A DNA stretch of 60,984 nt from a virus (IMGVR_UViG_3300042465_000911:1-60984), one strand, 5' to 3'. Shown: positions 27,577-35,786, counted from the stretch's first letter. The notes: a model not told the origin generated them from the sequence alone. Made by a program: numbers and translations.

Positions 27577-27697
27577 CAGTGATGCGGCAAGTTGCGAATT
27601 GGCCTTTGGCCAACCGCAACAGCAGTTGCCGATTGCTTCTCCTCGGTTGTTGGTTCGACCGTTCAGCCCCCCAGTCTCAAGCTGGGGGGTTTTTTTT
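27577..27697 (+). ncRNA. Candidate small RNA with an extended anti-RBS seed
   Basis: Promoter, long hairpin 27585-27631, unpaired ATTGCTTCTCCT, hairpin 27644-27661, terminator; no ATG-started ORF with an SD inside. Confidence 0.65.
27667..27697 (+). terminator. Intrinsic terminator ending the candidate sRNA
   Basis: CCCCCCAG-TCTCAAG-CTGGGGGG followed by T8. Confidence 0.85.
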
Positions 27698-27706
27698 ATT
27701 TGGCTT

Positions 27707-27722
27707 TGTCCAACGATTGACA
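27707..27722. promoter_or_regulatory. Palindromic operator-like site, copy 1
   Basis: TGTCCAACGATTGACA; related to 36071 and 44011. Confidence 0.5.
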
Positions 27723-27976
27723 CCAAATTTTATAAAATTTTTATAGTAATTGTAAAGTACTAAATTGAGTTGTAGAGAATGGTTGGGGAATAGTGTTCAG
27801 TGCTGAGCCACCCCAAGCTGCCTATATGGGTTGGTGGGGGATGGGTAGGGGTCGAAAGTAGTCGGTTTTCAGGCTTGAATAGTACCCTCGACCTCGTTTG
27901 GAAGGGGCTGTGTGGATAATGGCTTCAGCAAGTCGGGAATTGGTCTCGGCAAGCTATCAACTCAAAGGAAACAATC

Positions 27977-28399
27977 ATGACTAAAGCATCAAACACAAAC
28001 ACAGTTCACGCCGCACTCGATTCATGCTTCACGTATGCAGAGAAGATTGCCGCCTTGCAAGGGGTGTTCAAGGGCAAGACCGCCGAGGCGGTTCGTGCAT
28101 CCATCCTGCCCGATGTGGCGAGCTACCCGAAGTACTCTGTGCCCTTGGTTGCAGGTTCAGGCAAGGCAGAGGGCACGAAGGTACTCGACAAGGGGCACGC
28201 GAACTACGAAGCGTGCCGTAAGGCTTTGGGGCGTTTGGTCTCGGCTATCGTAGGCAAGGCATCAAGCGGTGCAAAGGAAGAAATCGAGATACCCGCAGAG
28301 GTTCTTGCCGCCGCCGCGAAGCTCGCCAAGCTGTGCGCTCAGTACGAGGACTCACGCAAGCTCGCCTCGACCGCTGTCGCTCAGGCTTTCGCCAAGTAA
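27977..28399 (+). CDS. First early-region hypothetical protein
   Basis: AAGGA SD; 140 aa Ala/Lys-rich. Confidence 0.8.
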   Translation: MTKASNTNTVHAALDSCFTYAEKIAALQGVFKGKTAEAVRASILPDVASYPKYSVPLVAGSGKAEGTKVLDKGHANYEACRKALGRLVSAIVGKASSGAKEEIEIPAEVLAAAAKLAKLCAQYEDSRKLASTAVAQAFAK

Positions 28400-28418
28400 C
28401 GGGGACACGATGTCCCCG
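28400..28418. repeat. GGGACA-N3-TGTCCC palindrome, copy 1
   Basis: CGGGGACA-CGA-TGTCCCCG directly after a stop codon. Confidence 0.85.
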
Positions 28419-28494
28419 ATGTGTTTTTTCCACGGCGGTGTAGACGGCTTGTCTTGCCGCTGTTTCTTTTCTTGTCCAACTAGGAGATTTTTCC

Positions 28495-28770
28495 ATGCCT
28501 TATCAAATTCAAACCTACACAATCCGACCTGACGGCGTTTGGGATTACGACCCGCCCATCGAGGTAGAGCACAAACACGCGCCGCTTTGGTGGCATGAAC
28601 GCGGCCTAAGTCAAACCGCCACAGGCTACGGCAAACGCATTGCCACCGCCACAATGATTAAGTACAAGGGCAAATGGCGCAGGGTTTACTGTTGCATCTA
28701 CTCGAATGTAGGCACCTGCTATATCGGCAAGCTATCCGACCGCCTGATTGTTTCAGGCTACCCAGAATAA
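28495..28770 (+). CDS. Hypothetical early protein
   Basis: AGGAG SD; TATGYG...WRRVY pattern. Confidence 0.75.
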   Translation: MPYQIQTYTIRPDGVWDYDPPIEVEHKHAPLWWHERGLSQTATGYGKRIATATMIKYKGKWRRVYCCIYSNVGTCYIGKLSDRLIVSGYPE

Positions 28771-28781
28771 GGAGAACCACC

Positions 28782-28982
28782 ATGAACCGCAACAAGTACA
28801 CACAGCACAGCAAAATAAAGATTGATACCCTCAAGCGACTGCGTGAGATACGCGATGAGATAGTCGAACGCCTACCCGAGGGCAAGGATAAGAAAGCCTT
28901 GCAAGCCAAGGCACGCCTACGCACAGACCTCGATGAGTGGAACGCCGTGAAGCGTACCTGCACACAAATGAGGTTGCTCTGA
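28782..28982 (+). CDS. Hypothetical early protein
   Basis: AAGGAGAA SD before ATG at 28782. Confidence 0.7.
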   Translation: MNRNKYTQHSKIKIDTLKRLREIRDEIVERLPEGKDKKALQAKARLRTDLDEWNAVKRTCTQMRLL

Positions 28983-28990
28983 CTGATGAA

Positions 28991-29009
28991 CGGGGACACA
29001 ATGTCCCCG
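28991..29009. repeat. GGGACA-N3-TGTCCC palindrome, copy 2
   Basis: CGGGGACA-CAA-TGTCCCCG. Confidence 0.85.
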
Positions 29010-29039
29010 ATGTCACAAAAATGGGTAAAATCTTTCGGT

Positions 29040-29325
29040 TCCATCGTTTTACCCACTATCCTTGGAAGAAGACAGCGTTTAAGCCAGCAACCACGGGCAG
29101 TCAGCAAAAACTGTCCTATATATCTACTTAATTAAAATATATTTATATATAGGAGATTGTTTATATGTGCGTGCTCTCCGCCTCTCGGTTGACTTTGGTT
29201 TGTTTTAACCTTTGGCGCTTTCCCTGTTGCCAGTAGGTACTTTTACGGGACAGCTTTTTTAAAACCCAATACTGGCGTGGCTTGGCGACTGTCTTCACCC
29301 AAGGATATTTGTAAAAATCATGGAT
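29040..29325. other. Putative replication origin
   Basis: AT-rich core 29117-29151 within nested inverted repeats in a long non-coding gap. Confidence 0.45.
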
Positions 29326-29400
29326 AGTACAAAAAACAGAGCTATCTTTTTACTCAAAAGCAAGTAGAATCACGGATACTTTCACCACAAGGAGTCTTTC

Positions 29401-30168
29401 ATGAAAGAGTTGAAGTACCACATCAGCAACAAAGCGCATTTAGAAACGTATCTCGCCGCCGAGTACAGGAAGGGTGCGTCTGAAGAAACGCTCAAGTATT
29501 TGCGGCGTGAGGGCATGGATTACCTAGCCAAGCGCAAGTCAGAGAACGCAAGACGCAAGCAAGTGGAGCGTATGTGGGACGAACACATTTTACCGCTTCA
29601 AGCGGAAAAGAAACGCATCGTGGCATCCCTCGCCTACCCTACGCACAACCGCAACAACTCAGACCCAAGGCGCATAGCACTCAAGGCATACCTAAAAGTC
29701 ATCGACACTTTGTTGGGCAAGATGCGGCGAGAGGCAACCTGTGTGCCGTTCGATGACCGACCAACCATGACACCCATCGAGTACGCCAAGGCAAAGAACG
29801 TACCCAACAACGGCGAGCATTGGACAGACTTCGTGCCGACCCACATCAAGCAAAGGGTTTGTCAAATGTTTGACGACATACCCTACACACCAAAGGCAAG
29901 GCGCAAGATTCCGTTTGAGCGTGTCGTAGGTGTTGAGTTGCACGAGTTACAGAAAGACCGACTCATCAGGCGCACAGAGAAGGAGCTAGTCAGGTGCAAG
30001 CAAGATGCGCTGTTGAACCCAAGCGATGAAAAGCTACCCGAGCGCATCCAAAAGATTGAAGCCGCCCTTGCCGAGATAGACAAGCTCGAACCCAGCGAGT
30101 TTGTACCGACCACATGGCAGGGGTTGATGAGTAAGCACAGAAACATCATCAAAGATTGGGACGATTAA
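29401..30168 (+). CDS. Hypothetical 255-aa basic helical protein
   Basis: AAGGAG SD; long ORF. Confidence 0.8.
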   Translation: MKELKYHISNKAHLETYLAAEYRKGASEETLKYLRREGMDYLAKRKSENARRKQVERMWDEHILPLQAEKKRIVASLAYPTHNRNNSDPRRIALKAYLKVIDTLLGKMRREATCVPFDDRPTMTPIEYAKAKNVPNNGEHWTDFVPTHIKQRVCQMFDDIPYTPKARRKIPFERVVGVELHELQKDRLIRRTEKELVRCKQDALLNPSDEKLPERIQKIEAALAEIDKLEPSEFVPTTWQGLMSKHRNIIKDWDD

Positions 30169-30169
30169 G

Positions 30170-30192
30170 AACGGGGACATGGTGTCCCCGTT
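30170..30192. repeat. GGGACA-N3-TGTCCC palindrome, copy 3 (loop reversed)
   Basis: AACGGGGACA-TGG-TGTCCCCGTT. Confidence 0.85.
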
Positions 30193-30274
30193 CCCTGTGT
30201 GTGGCATTTCGTCAGGCGATGCCGCGCACAACCCTGAACCTAGCCTGACATTCGCAACCGAAGGAGAAAACAAA

Positions 30275-30436
30275 ATGAACAGAGAAGAACTGATTAACGA
30301 AGTACTGAACCAAATACTTCAAGACGTAAAAGACTTTGACCTGACAGCCATCGAGGAACTCATCAAGCACATACCTGACGAGGCGCTGATGGCGTACCTA
30401 CCCGAAGCAACCGAAGGAGAAACAAATGAAATTTAA
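30275..30436 (+). CDS. Small acidic early protein
   Basis: AAGGAGAA SD before ATG at 30275. Confidence 0.7.
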   Translation: MNREELINEVLNQILQDVKDFDLTAIEELIKHIPDEALMAYLPEATEGETNEI

Positions 30437-30692
30437 AGACATACCGAAAGCCGCATGGAACGCACCAGCTACGCCGCTACCAACAAAGGTGGTGTATGAC
30501 TGGGATGCAATGCACAGCGTACTTGAAACGCAAGGCTATGTCGTCATCGAGTCCGATGAGACACGAGTCGTAGGTAATGGTGCAGAGGAGTCTGTTGTAG
30601 TCAAGATGTTCAACGGACACATGAGACAGACAAAGAAGATGAAGCTCTACACAAAACGATTAGGCAAGACCCGCTGGGTCTGCATACTTTAA
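30426..30692 (+). CDS. Hypothetical early protein
   Basis: AAGGAGAAACAA leader. Confidence 0.7.
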   Translation: MKFKDIPKAAWNAPATPLPTKVVYDWDAMHSVLETQGYVVIESDETRVVGNGAEESVVVKMFNGHMRQTKKMKLYTKRLGKTRWVCIL

Positions 30693-30703
30693 GGAGAAAG
30701 CAA

Positions 30704-30895
30704 ATGAGAGCAAGAGCAGTACTGAGTCACATATTCCTGAGCCTCGTGCTCTACAACGCAATGGCGCTTGGCGCTAATCAGATGATGGAGGTAGGCGGTG
30801 GATACCTGTGGATGTTCATGGCGCTAGGTAGTGCGTTCCTGTTAGGGATGCAGGTCATGTTGGTAGTTATTGAATGTAAAGGAGAAACAGAATGA
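30704..30895 (+). CDS. Small two-TM membrane protein
   Basis: Hydrophobic; strong SD. Confidence 0.65.
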   Translation: MRARAVLSHIFLSLVLYNAMALGANQMMEVGGGYLWMFMALGSAFLLGMQVMLVVIECKGETE

Positions 30896-31092
30896 GAGCA
30901 GGTACTGTGATGAAAGAAACGCTTGGCTACTTCGAAGAGGAGTTGATAGGCGTTGTGGAACGACTGCGCTTTGTCGCTAACAACATTGACGACATACGGG
31001 AACGCGACAACTGTTGCGAACAAGTCGAACAGGCTATCAACAAACTGCGTGCGTTGATTAGAGAAACCGATATCAAAGGAGAAACAGAATGA
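30892..31092 (+). CDS. Small helical early protein
   Basis: Coupled ATGA overlap with SD. Confidence 0.65.
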   Translation: MRAGTVMKETLGYFEEELIGVVERLRFVANNIDDIRERDNCCEQVEQAINKLRALIRETDIKGETE

Positions 31093-31322
31093 ACGAACCA
31101 GTACAACACTTCTACGCCTCAAGCGTAGCGCAATGGGCAACGACTACACCTGAGCGTGACTTGCGCCAGTTACTCAAGCTGATGGACAAGGATAAGTTTT
31201 CATACAACCTGTTCCTAGTCCCTGTGGCGCACGATGCACAGTACGACATCAAGATGTATCAACCCCAAGTCGAGGGCACTCAATGGCTTGGATTCTTTTC
31301 AGTAAAAAGGGGAAGTAAATGA
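31089..31322 (+). CDS. Hypothetical early protein
   Basis: Coupled ATGA overlap with SD. Confidence 0.65.
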   Translation: MNEPVQHFYASSVAQWATTTPERDLRQLLKLMDKDKFSYNLFLVPVAHDAQYDIKMYQPQVEGTQWLGFFSVKRGSK

Positions 31323-31498
31323 ACATGACAGACGCACAGATACACGAGGCCGCAGGCTATCTCGAAACTAAAGAGGGCGGGTTTGCCAACGCCATTGCAT
31401 TGGCTTACTACCGAGCAGACAGCGACAACCAACGCAAGCTAGTCGAGGCGTTCGGGGATTTGTTTGAGAGCGCCTACGCTAAGTGGCACAAGGAGTAA
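31319..31498 (+). CDS. Small conserved phage protein (GGFA.A.A.A...AD..N...L..AF pattern)
   Basis: Manual 59-aa ORF with ATGA overlap. Confidence 0.7.
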   Translation: MNMTDAQIHEAAGYLETKEGGFANAIALAYYRADSDNQRKLVEAFGDLFESAYAKWHKE

Positions 31499-31525
31499 TG
31501 AACAGGGACACCATGTCCCTGTTCA
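31499..31525. repeat. GGGACA-N3-TGTCCC palindrome, copy 4
   Basis: TGAACAGGGACA-CCA-TGTCCCTGTTCA, with a compensatory A/T change in the stem. Confidence 0.85.
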
Positions 31526-31579
31526 ATGGGTTAGTGGTGTGCCCTCTCACACCACATTCGCAACCGAGGAGATACAAAA

Positions 31580-32935
31580 ATGAAGACAAACTTCATATCG
31601 TTAGTTTTTGACCTTGCAACCATCCTGCGTGGTGGTGCTACCTACATGAGGTTCAACCCTGAGCAGAGGTACTACTACGAGTACCAAACCGCACCATGCC
31701 GTGACTGGCACGGCAGAGAGCAACGCAAGTATCCAATGCACCCCGCCGTGGAGAAAGCCTTGCAGTCAGAGTATCGACCGTACGACTGGCACTTGCTCAC
31801 TCTTGAGTGGCCGCACATATCCGAGGACAGCACACGCCTTGCATACACACGAGACGACAGAGCAGGTGAGGCAGACCGACAGACTGTCACGACTGTGGGC
31901 AAGTACTTGACGCGACACTTCCGCGATATGCCTGACCATGAGGTACGCAACCTCGTTGCGCTGTACTCAGCAGGTGAGTCGTGCAAGTTTGTATACACAA
32001 TGGCTGAGATGATTCATCACATCATGCGTGGGCCGACATCGTGCATAGGTGGTAGACCATTCGAGGTGCGTTGTGCTGACGGCGAGCGCCGACATCCCTA
32101 TCAGGTATACGACCCCAAGTATGGCTGGCACATGGCTGTGCGTATCGAGAACGACAACACAGTCGGTCGTGCGTTGTGTATGGCAGATGGTGACAGCAAG
32201 TACTTCGTGCGCTCATATCGCAAGACCGATGGCTACTCGCCAGCAGACGAGCGCCTTGAAGCGTGGCTTGAGTCGCAGGGCTATACCAAGCAGAGCTATT
32301 GGGAGTCAGACACACGGCTTGCGTACTATGCGGTAGATGGCGGCGAGATACTTGCGCCGTACCTTGACGGCGGTCATCAGTACGTGGATGTCTGCGGTAA
32401 TCACCTTGAGATTAGTAGTAGCGGTGAGTACGAGTGCTCAAACACTTGCGGCACAGCGCAAGAGGCAGGCGGCGACGACTGTGCTGACTGCGGCGACCGC
32501 ATCAGTGAGGGTGACGGCTACTGGGTCGGGCGGCATGAGGAGACTCATGTGTGCGAGTCTTGCTGTGACGGCTTCTACCACTATGCGTATGGTCGCAACG
32601 GCAACCAGTACTATGTGCATGAGAACAACGTGGCGTGTGTCGGTCGCGAGTACTACGATGTGGACTATCTGTCCGACAACAACATTGTCGAGCTTGAGGA
32701 CGGCGACTACGCAGAGATGGATGACTGCGTGATGATTGGTGACGACTGGTATCTGACTGATGACGACCGCATCTGCCGACCCGAGGACAGCGATGACTAC
32801 TACTTGACCGAGGACTGCTGGCAATGCGAGGAGTCAGGCAACTGGTACACAGACGACACCGCGTATGTAGAGGTAGACGGCAACAAGTACCATCCCGACC
32901 ACGCACCTGAACAAACAACAACCGAAGAGGAGTAA
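31580..32935 (+). CDS. Early protein with a PcfJ-like core (SC...GRAL...RxY...PYLD) and acidic Cys-rich C-terminus
   Basis: Motifs seen directly; CADC and CESC pairs; very Asp/Tyr-rich tail. Confidence 0.55.
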   Translation: MKTNFISLVFDLATILRGGATYMRFNPEQRYYYEYQTAPCRDWHGREQRKYPMHPAVEKALQSEYRPYDWHLLTLEWPHISEDSTRLAYTRDDRAGEADRQTVTTVGKYLTRHFRDMPDHEVRNLVALYSAGESCKFVYTMAEMIHHIMRGPTSCIGGRPFEVRCADGERRHPYQVYDPKYGWHMAVRIENDNTVGRALCMADGDSKYFVRSYRKTDGYSPADERLEAWLESQGYTKQSYWESDTRLAYYAVDGGEILAPYLDGGHQYVDVCGNHLEISSSGEYECSNTCGTAQEAGGDDCADCGDRISEGDGYWVGRHEETHVCESCCDGFYHYAYGRNGNQYYVHENNVACVGREYYDVDYLSDNNIVELEDGDYAEMDDCVMIGDDWYLTDDDRICRPEDSDDYYLTEDCWQCEESGNWYTDDTAYVEVDGNKYHPDHAPEQTTTEEE

Positions 32936-32938
32936 TCA

Positions 32939-34057
32939 ATGAATAAGAAATCAATCCTGTACAAGACCCTGACCCGTGCGCTGTCAGTCAAGCGACCACA
33001 CAACGGACGGGGCGTGGCTATGTTCACCGACTGGCTCGAAGCCCATGTGCCTACGCACTTGCAAGACCGCATCAGTTATGACGACACAGGTAACCTGCAC
33101 GTTGATGCGCGTGTCGATGCTACGCACCGCACTTTGTTTGTGGCGCACGTAGATACTGTGCATCGTGCCGAGGGTGCCAACAAGATACGCAAGACTGCTG
33201 GCAAGTGGTATGCCGATGGTGCGCCTCTCGGTGCGGACGATGGTGCTGGTGTAGCTATCCTCATGCACATGCTGTGCGGCGGTGTACCCGCATACTACGT
33301 GTTCACACAAGGTGAGGAGTGTGGTGGTATCGGTGCTCGTGCGTTGGCCAAGGACACAGCGTTGCTGTCTCAGTTCGACCGAGCCATCGCGTTCGACCGC
33401 CGTGGTATTGACAGCGTCATCACACACCAAGGGTACGGCAGATGTTGCTCTGACACATTCGCTCAAGCCTTGGCCGACTCGCTCTCATCAGGCAACGTGC
33501 TCATGTACTTGGGTGACGACTCAGGTATCTACACAGATACCGCAGAGTTTGTCGATGTCATACCTGAATGCACCAACATCAGCGTTGGGTATATGTATGA
33601 GCACAGCGACAAAGAAGAACTCAACATCCACCACTTCACCGCCTTGGCTGATGCCGTGCTTACCCTGCCGTGGGATACCCTGCCAACCGACCGCGACCCT
33701 GCGGTCGTAGAGAGCAAGTGGGATGCGTATGACCACGCTGGCTACGCCGTGCCATCAGGTGCGTGGACTAAGGACTGGTGGAAGGACTACGACAAACAGC
33801 CGCCAGTTATGGACAACACCTACGAGAGCATGGTAGAGGATGCGCTGTATGACGCGATGCTCGGTGTGTACACAGGGCTGATTGACCTGATAGCCGAGTG
33901 CGTGTACCCCGATGACCCTGCGCTTGCCAAACGTAGCATACGCAGAAGTGCGTTGGATGATGACTTGTTGCTCGATGCGATAACCGCATTGCGTGATGGG
34001 GAAGACCCCGAGAACATCTTGTTGTGCCTGTATGACAGCGCGTACACAGACATCTGA
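32939..34057 (+). CDS. Zinc peptidase, M28/M20 family
   Basis: AHVDTV, GADDGAG, GEECG, FDRRG, TD and EH metal-ligand motifs. Confidence 0.85.
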   Translation: MNKKSILYKTLTRALSVKRPHNGRGVAMFTDWLEAHVPTHLQDRISYDDTGNLHVDARVDATHRTLFVAHVDTVHRAEGANKIRKTAGKWYADGAPLGADDGAGVAILMHMLCGGVPAYYVFTQGEECGGIGARALAKDTALLSQFDRAIAFDRRGIDSVITHQGYGRCCSDTFAQALADSLSSGNVLMYLGDDSGIYTDTAEFVDVIPECTNISVGYMYEHSDKEELNIHHFTALADAVLTLPWDTLPTDRDPAVVESKWDAYDHAGYAVPSGAWTKDWWKDYDKQPPVMDNTYESMVEDALYDAMLGVYTGLIDLIAECVYPDDPALAKRSIRRSALDDDLLLDAITALRDGEDPENILLCLYDSAYTDI

Positions 34058-34072
34058 CGGGTGTATTTTTGT

Positions 34073-34097
34073 GCAGGGGAATTCCCCTGCGTTTTTT
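34073..34097 (+). terminator. Palindrome with T-tract, likely terminator
   Basis: GCAGGGGAATTCCCCTGC followed by GTTTTTT. Confidence 0.55.
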
Positions 34098-34117
34098 AAA
34101 CGTAAAGGAGAAGCAAA

Positions 34118-34489
34118 ATGAAAACAGAAAAAGAATGGACAACAGAAGCAGGGCTAAAAGCTCAGGTAGTTGCAACACCGATGGGGCATCGCTGTGGGTA
34201 TGTAAGTGTGCCAGCCGAACACCCAATGTATGAGAAGCACTATGACGATGTTGCTGTTGATGTGCATGGTGGGCTGACGTATGCGGATAGGCACGATGGT
34301 TCGTGGTGGCTTGGTTATGACTGCGCTCATTTGGGGGATGCCAGAGACCCTGAGTTGATGAGCGATAAATATAAAGAGGCGTTTTCTCATTGGTCTAACT
34401 TCACTGAAGGCACTATCAGGACGTTGGACTTCTGCGTGGCGGAGTGTGAGTCTTTGGCGAAACAACTTATGAAAGGAGAAGCAAAATGA
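34118..34489 (+). CDS. Conserved phage protein (CGYV...VHGGLTY...GYDCAH)
   Basis: Motif pattern; strong SD. Confidence 0.75.
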   Translation: MKTEKEWTTEAGLKAQVVATPMGHRCGYVSVPAEHPMYEKHYDDVAVDVHGGLTYADRHDGSWWLGYDCAHLGDARDPELMSDKYKEAFSHWSNFTEGTIRTLDFCVAECESLAKQLMKGEAK

Positions 34490-34719
34490 TATTAGAAAAC
34501 TACGAGAAACTTGTTATGCGTACAGACACCCTTGAGGACGACTCAGTTGTTGTCAACTTTGATGTGTACAACAAGAATTACAAAGAGGTCACAAAAGATG
34601 CAGGCTATGTACACATACGCCAAGAGTTGGAGTTCTTCAATGTGGTTGTTTACAACTGCGATGGGGATGTGTTGAGTGAGGTAAATGTTCCATTTAAATT
34701 TAAGGAGATAGACCAATGA
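34486..34719 (+). CDS. Hypothetical early protein
   Basis: Coupled overlap with SD. Confidence 0.65.
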   Translation: MILENYEKLVMRTDTLEDDSVVVNFDVYNKNYKEVTKDAGYVHIRQELEFFNVVVYNCDGDVLSEVNVPFKFKEIDQ

Positions 34720-34913
34720 AACGATTTGTAATCTTTGGAGACATCGAGTTCCTCGACGACCACCACGCCTTGATACACAGCATCAAGAGCGCCGAGTTCA
34801 TAGCCGATGCTGACATCGAGGCGAGAGCCAGCGAGTTAGATAACTGTGACTTTCTTGTGCCCCACTACTACGATGGGGTTGTGACGTTTGTTAAATACCA
34901 TGAGGAGAAGTAA
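34716..34913 (+). CDS. Hypothetical early protein
   Basis: Coupled overlap with SD. Confidence 0.65.
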   Translation: MKRFVIFGDIEFLDDHHALIHSIKSAEFIADADIEARASELDNCDFLVPHYYDGVVTFVKYHEEK

Positions 34914-35156
34914 ATGACTGAAGAAAACTACTGGCGACAACGCTATGAAATGCTGATGGCAAACCTTGGCGATATGGTGAGAGCCGCAACAGCAAAACAG
35001 CCTGTGCTTTTGGCTGACAAAGAAAGCTATGAGCTTGGCAAACTTCATGGCGAGATAGGTGAACGTGAAGCCTGTGCAAAGATGTTTGATGGTGTTGTGT
35101 GGGCTTATGACTATCGTGAAATTGCCGCCGCCATCAGAGCAAGGGGGCAAGCATGA
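34914..35156 (+). CDS. Hypothetical protein (EREACAK...AAAIRARG pattern)
   Basis: Common small phage motif; SD. Confidence 0.7.
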   Translation: MTEENYWRQRYEMLMANLGDMVRAATAKQPVLLADKESYELGKLHGEIGEREACAKMFDGVVWAYDYREIAAAIRARGQA

Positions 35157-35392
35157 ATAACCTAGACGCACACTTTGATGGGCTGATGCACGCATTTAAC
35201 GATGCGTATGAGGAGGAACCGCCTTGGATGGTGGTGTGTAACGATAACGGGGCTGATGGTTACCTTGTCATTGATGACACGGGTACTGACGATGGCAACG
35301 TCTACGAGACAGAGGAGGAAGCTAAAGACGTTGCTAACCAATTAAACAAAGAAGCTATGGAGGCTGGCGATGACGACTTCTACATTGAGTGA
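35153..35392 (+). CDS. Small highly acidic protein
   Basis: Coupled overlap; Asp/Glu-rich. Confidence 0.6.
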   Translation: MNNLDAHFDGLMHAFNDAYEEEPPWMVVCNDNGADGYLVIDDTGTDDGNVYETEEEAKDVANQLNKEAMEAGDDDFYIE

Positions 35393-35750
35393 AGTATTGA
35401 AACAGATGGTCGAGGCTTTGGAAGTAGATGCCTATGTCTACAACGGCGAGAAATCATGGGCGGCAATCAAAGCAGGCAAGCAAGCCATTGCAGAGTTGGA
35501 AAGCCAAGAGCCTTATGGCTGGGTAAAGATTGATGAAGTGCGCGAACACTTTGGTTCAATTGGTTGTGGCACGATTTACAAAACTGCTGGCGAAGACCGA
35601 GTGTCCCTCTACACCCACCCACCACAGCGCACATGGGTAGGGCTGACCGAAGATGAAATCGCTGAGTGCTTCAAGGTGACACCTGACCTATATTTGACTT
35701 GGCATATTTACAAACGCATCGAAGCCAAACTCAAGGAGAAGAACTCATGA
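35370..35750 (+). CDS. Hypothetical protein (LYTHPPQRTWVGLT...IEAKLKEKN pattern)
   Basis: Common small phage motif. Confidence 0.7.
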   Translation: MTTSTLSEVLKQMVEALEVDAYVYNGEKSWAAIKAGKQAIAELESQEPYGWVKIDEVREHFGSIGCGTIYKTAGEDRVSLYTHPPQRTWVGLTEDEIAECFKVTPDLYLTWHIYKRIEAKLKEKNS

Positions 35751-35786
35751 AGCTCGCCTACCTCGCGGCAATCCTTGCCGTAACCC

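Noticed and set aside
27644-27661. GGTTCGA resembling a tRNA T-loop
   Set aside because: No cloverleaf, acceptor stem or D-arm could be built around it
27520-27763. Short ORFs 27520..27726 (-) and 27542..27763 (+) over the candidate sRNA
   Set aside because: No SD; the plus ORF starts inside the promoter and runs through a strong terminator; the region is better explained as a structured RNA
28400-31525. Palindromes as a CRISPR array or as N4-type virion RNA polymerase hairpin promoters
   Set aside because: Spacing is irregular with whole genes in between, and I recognised no RNA polymerase motifs in the giant protein or elsewhere
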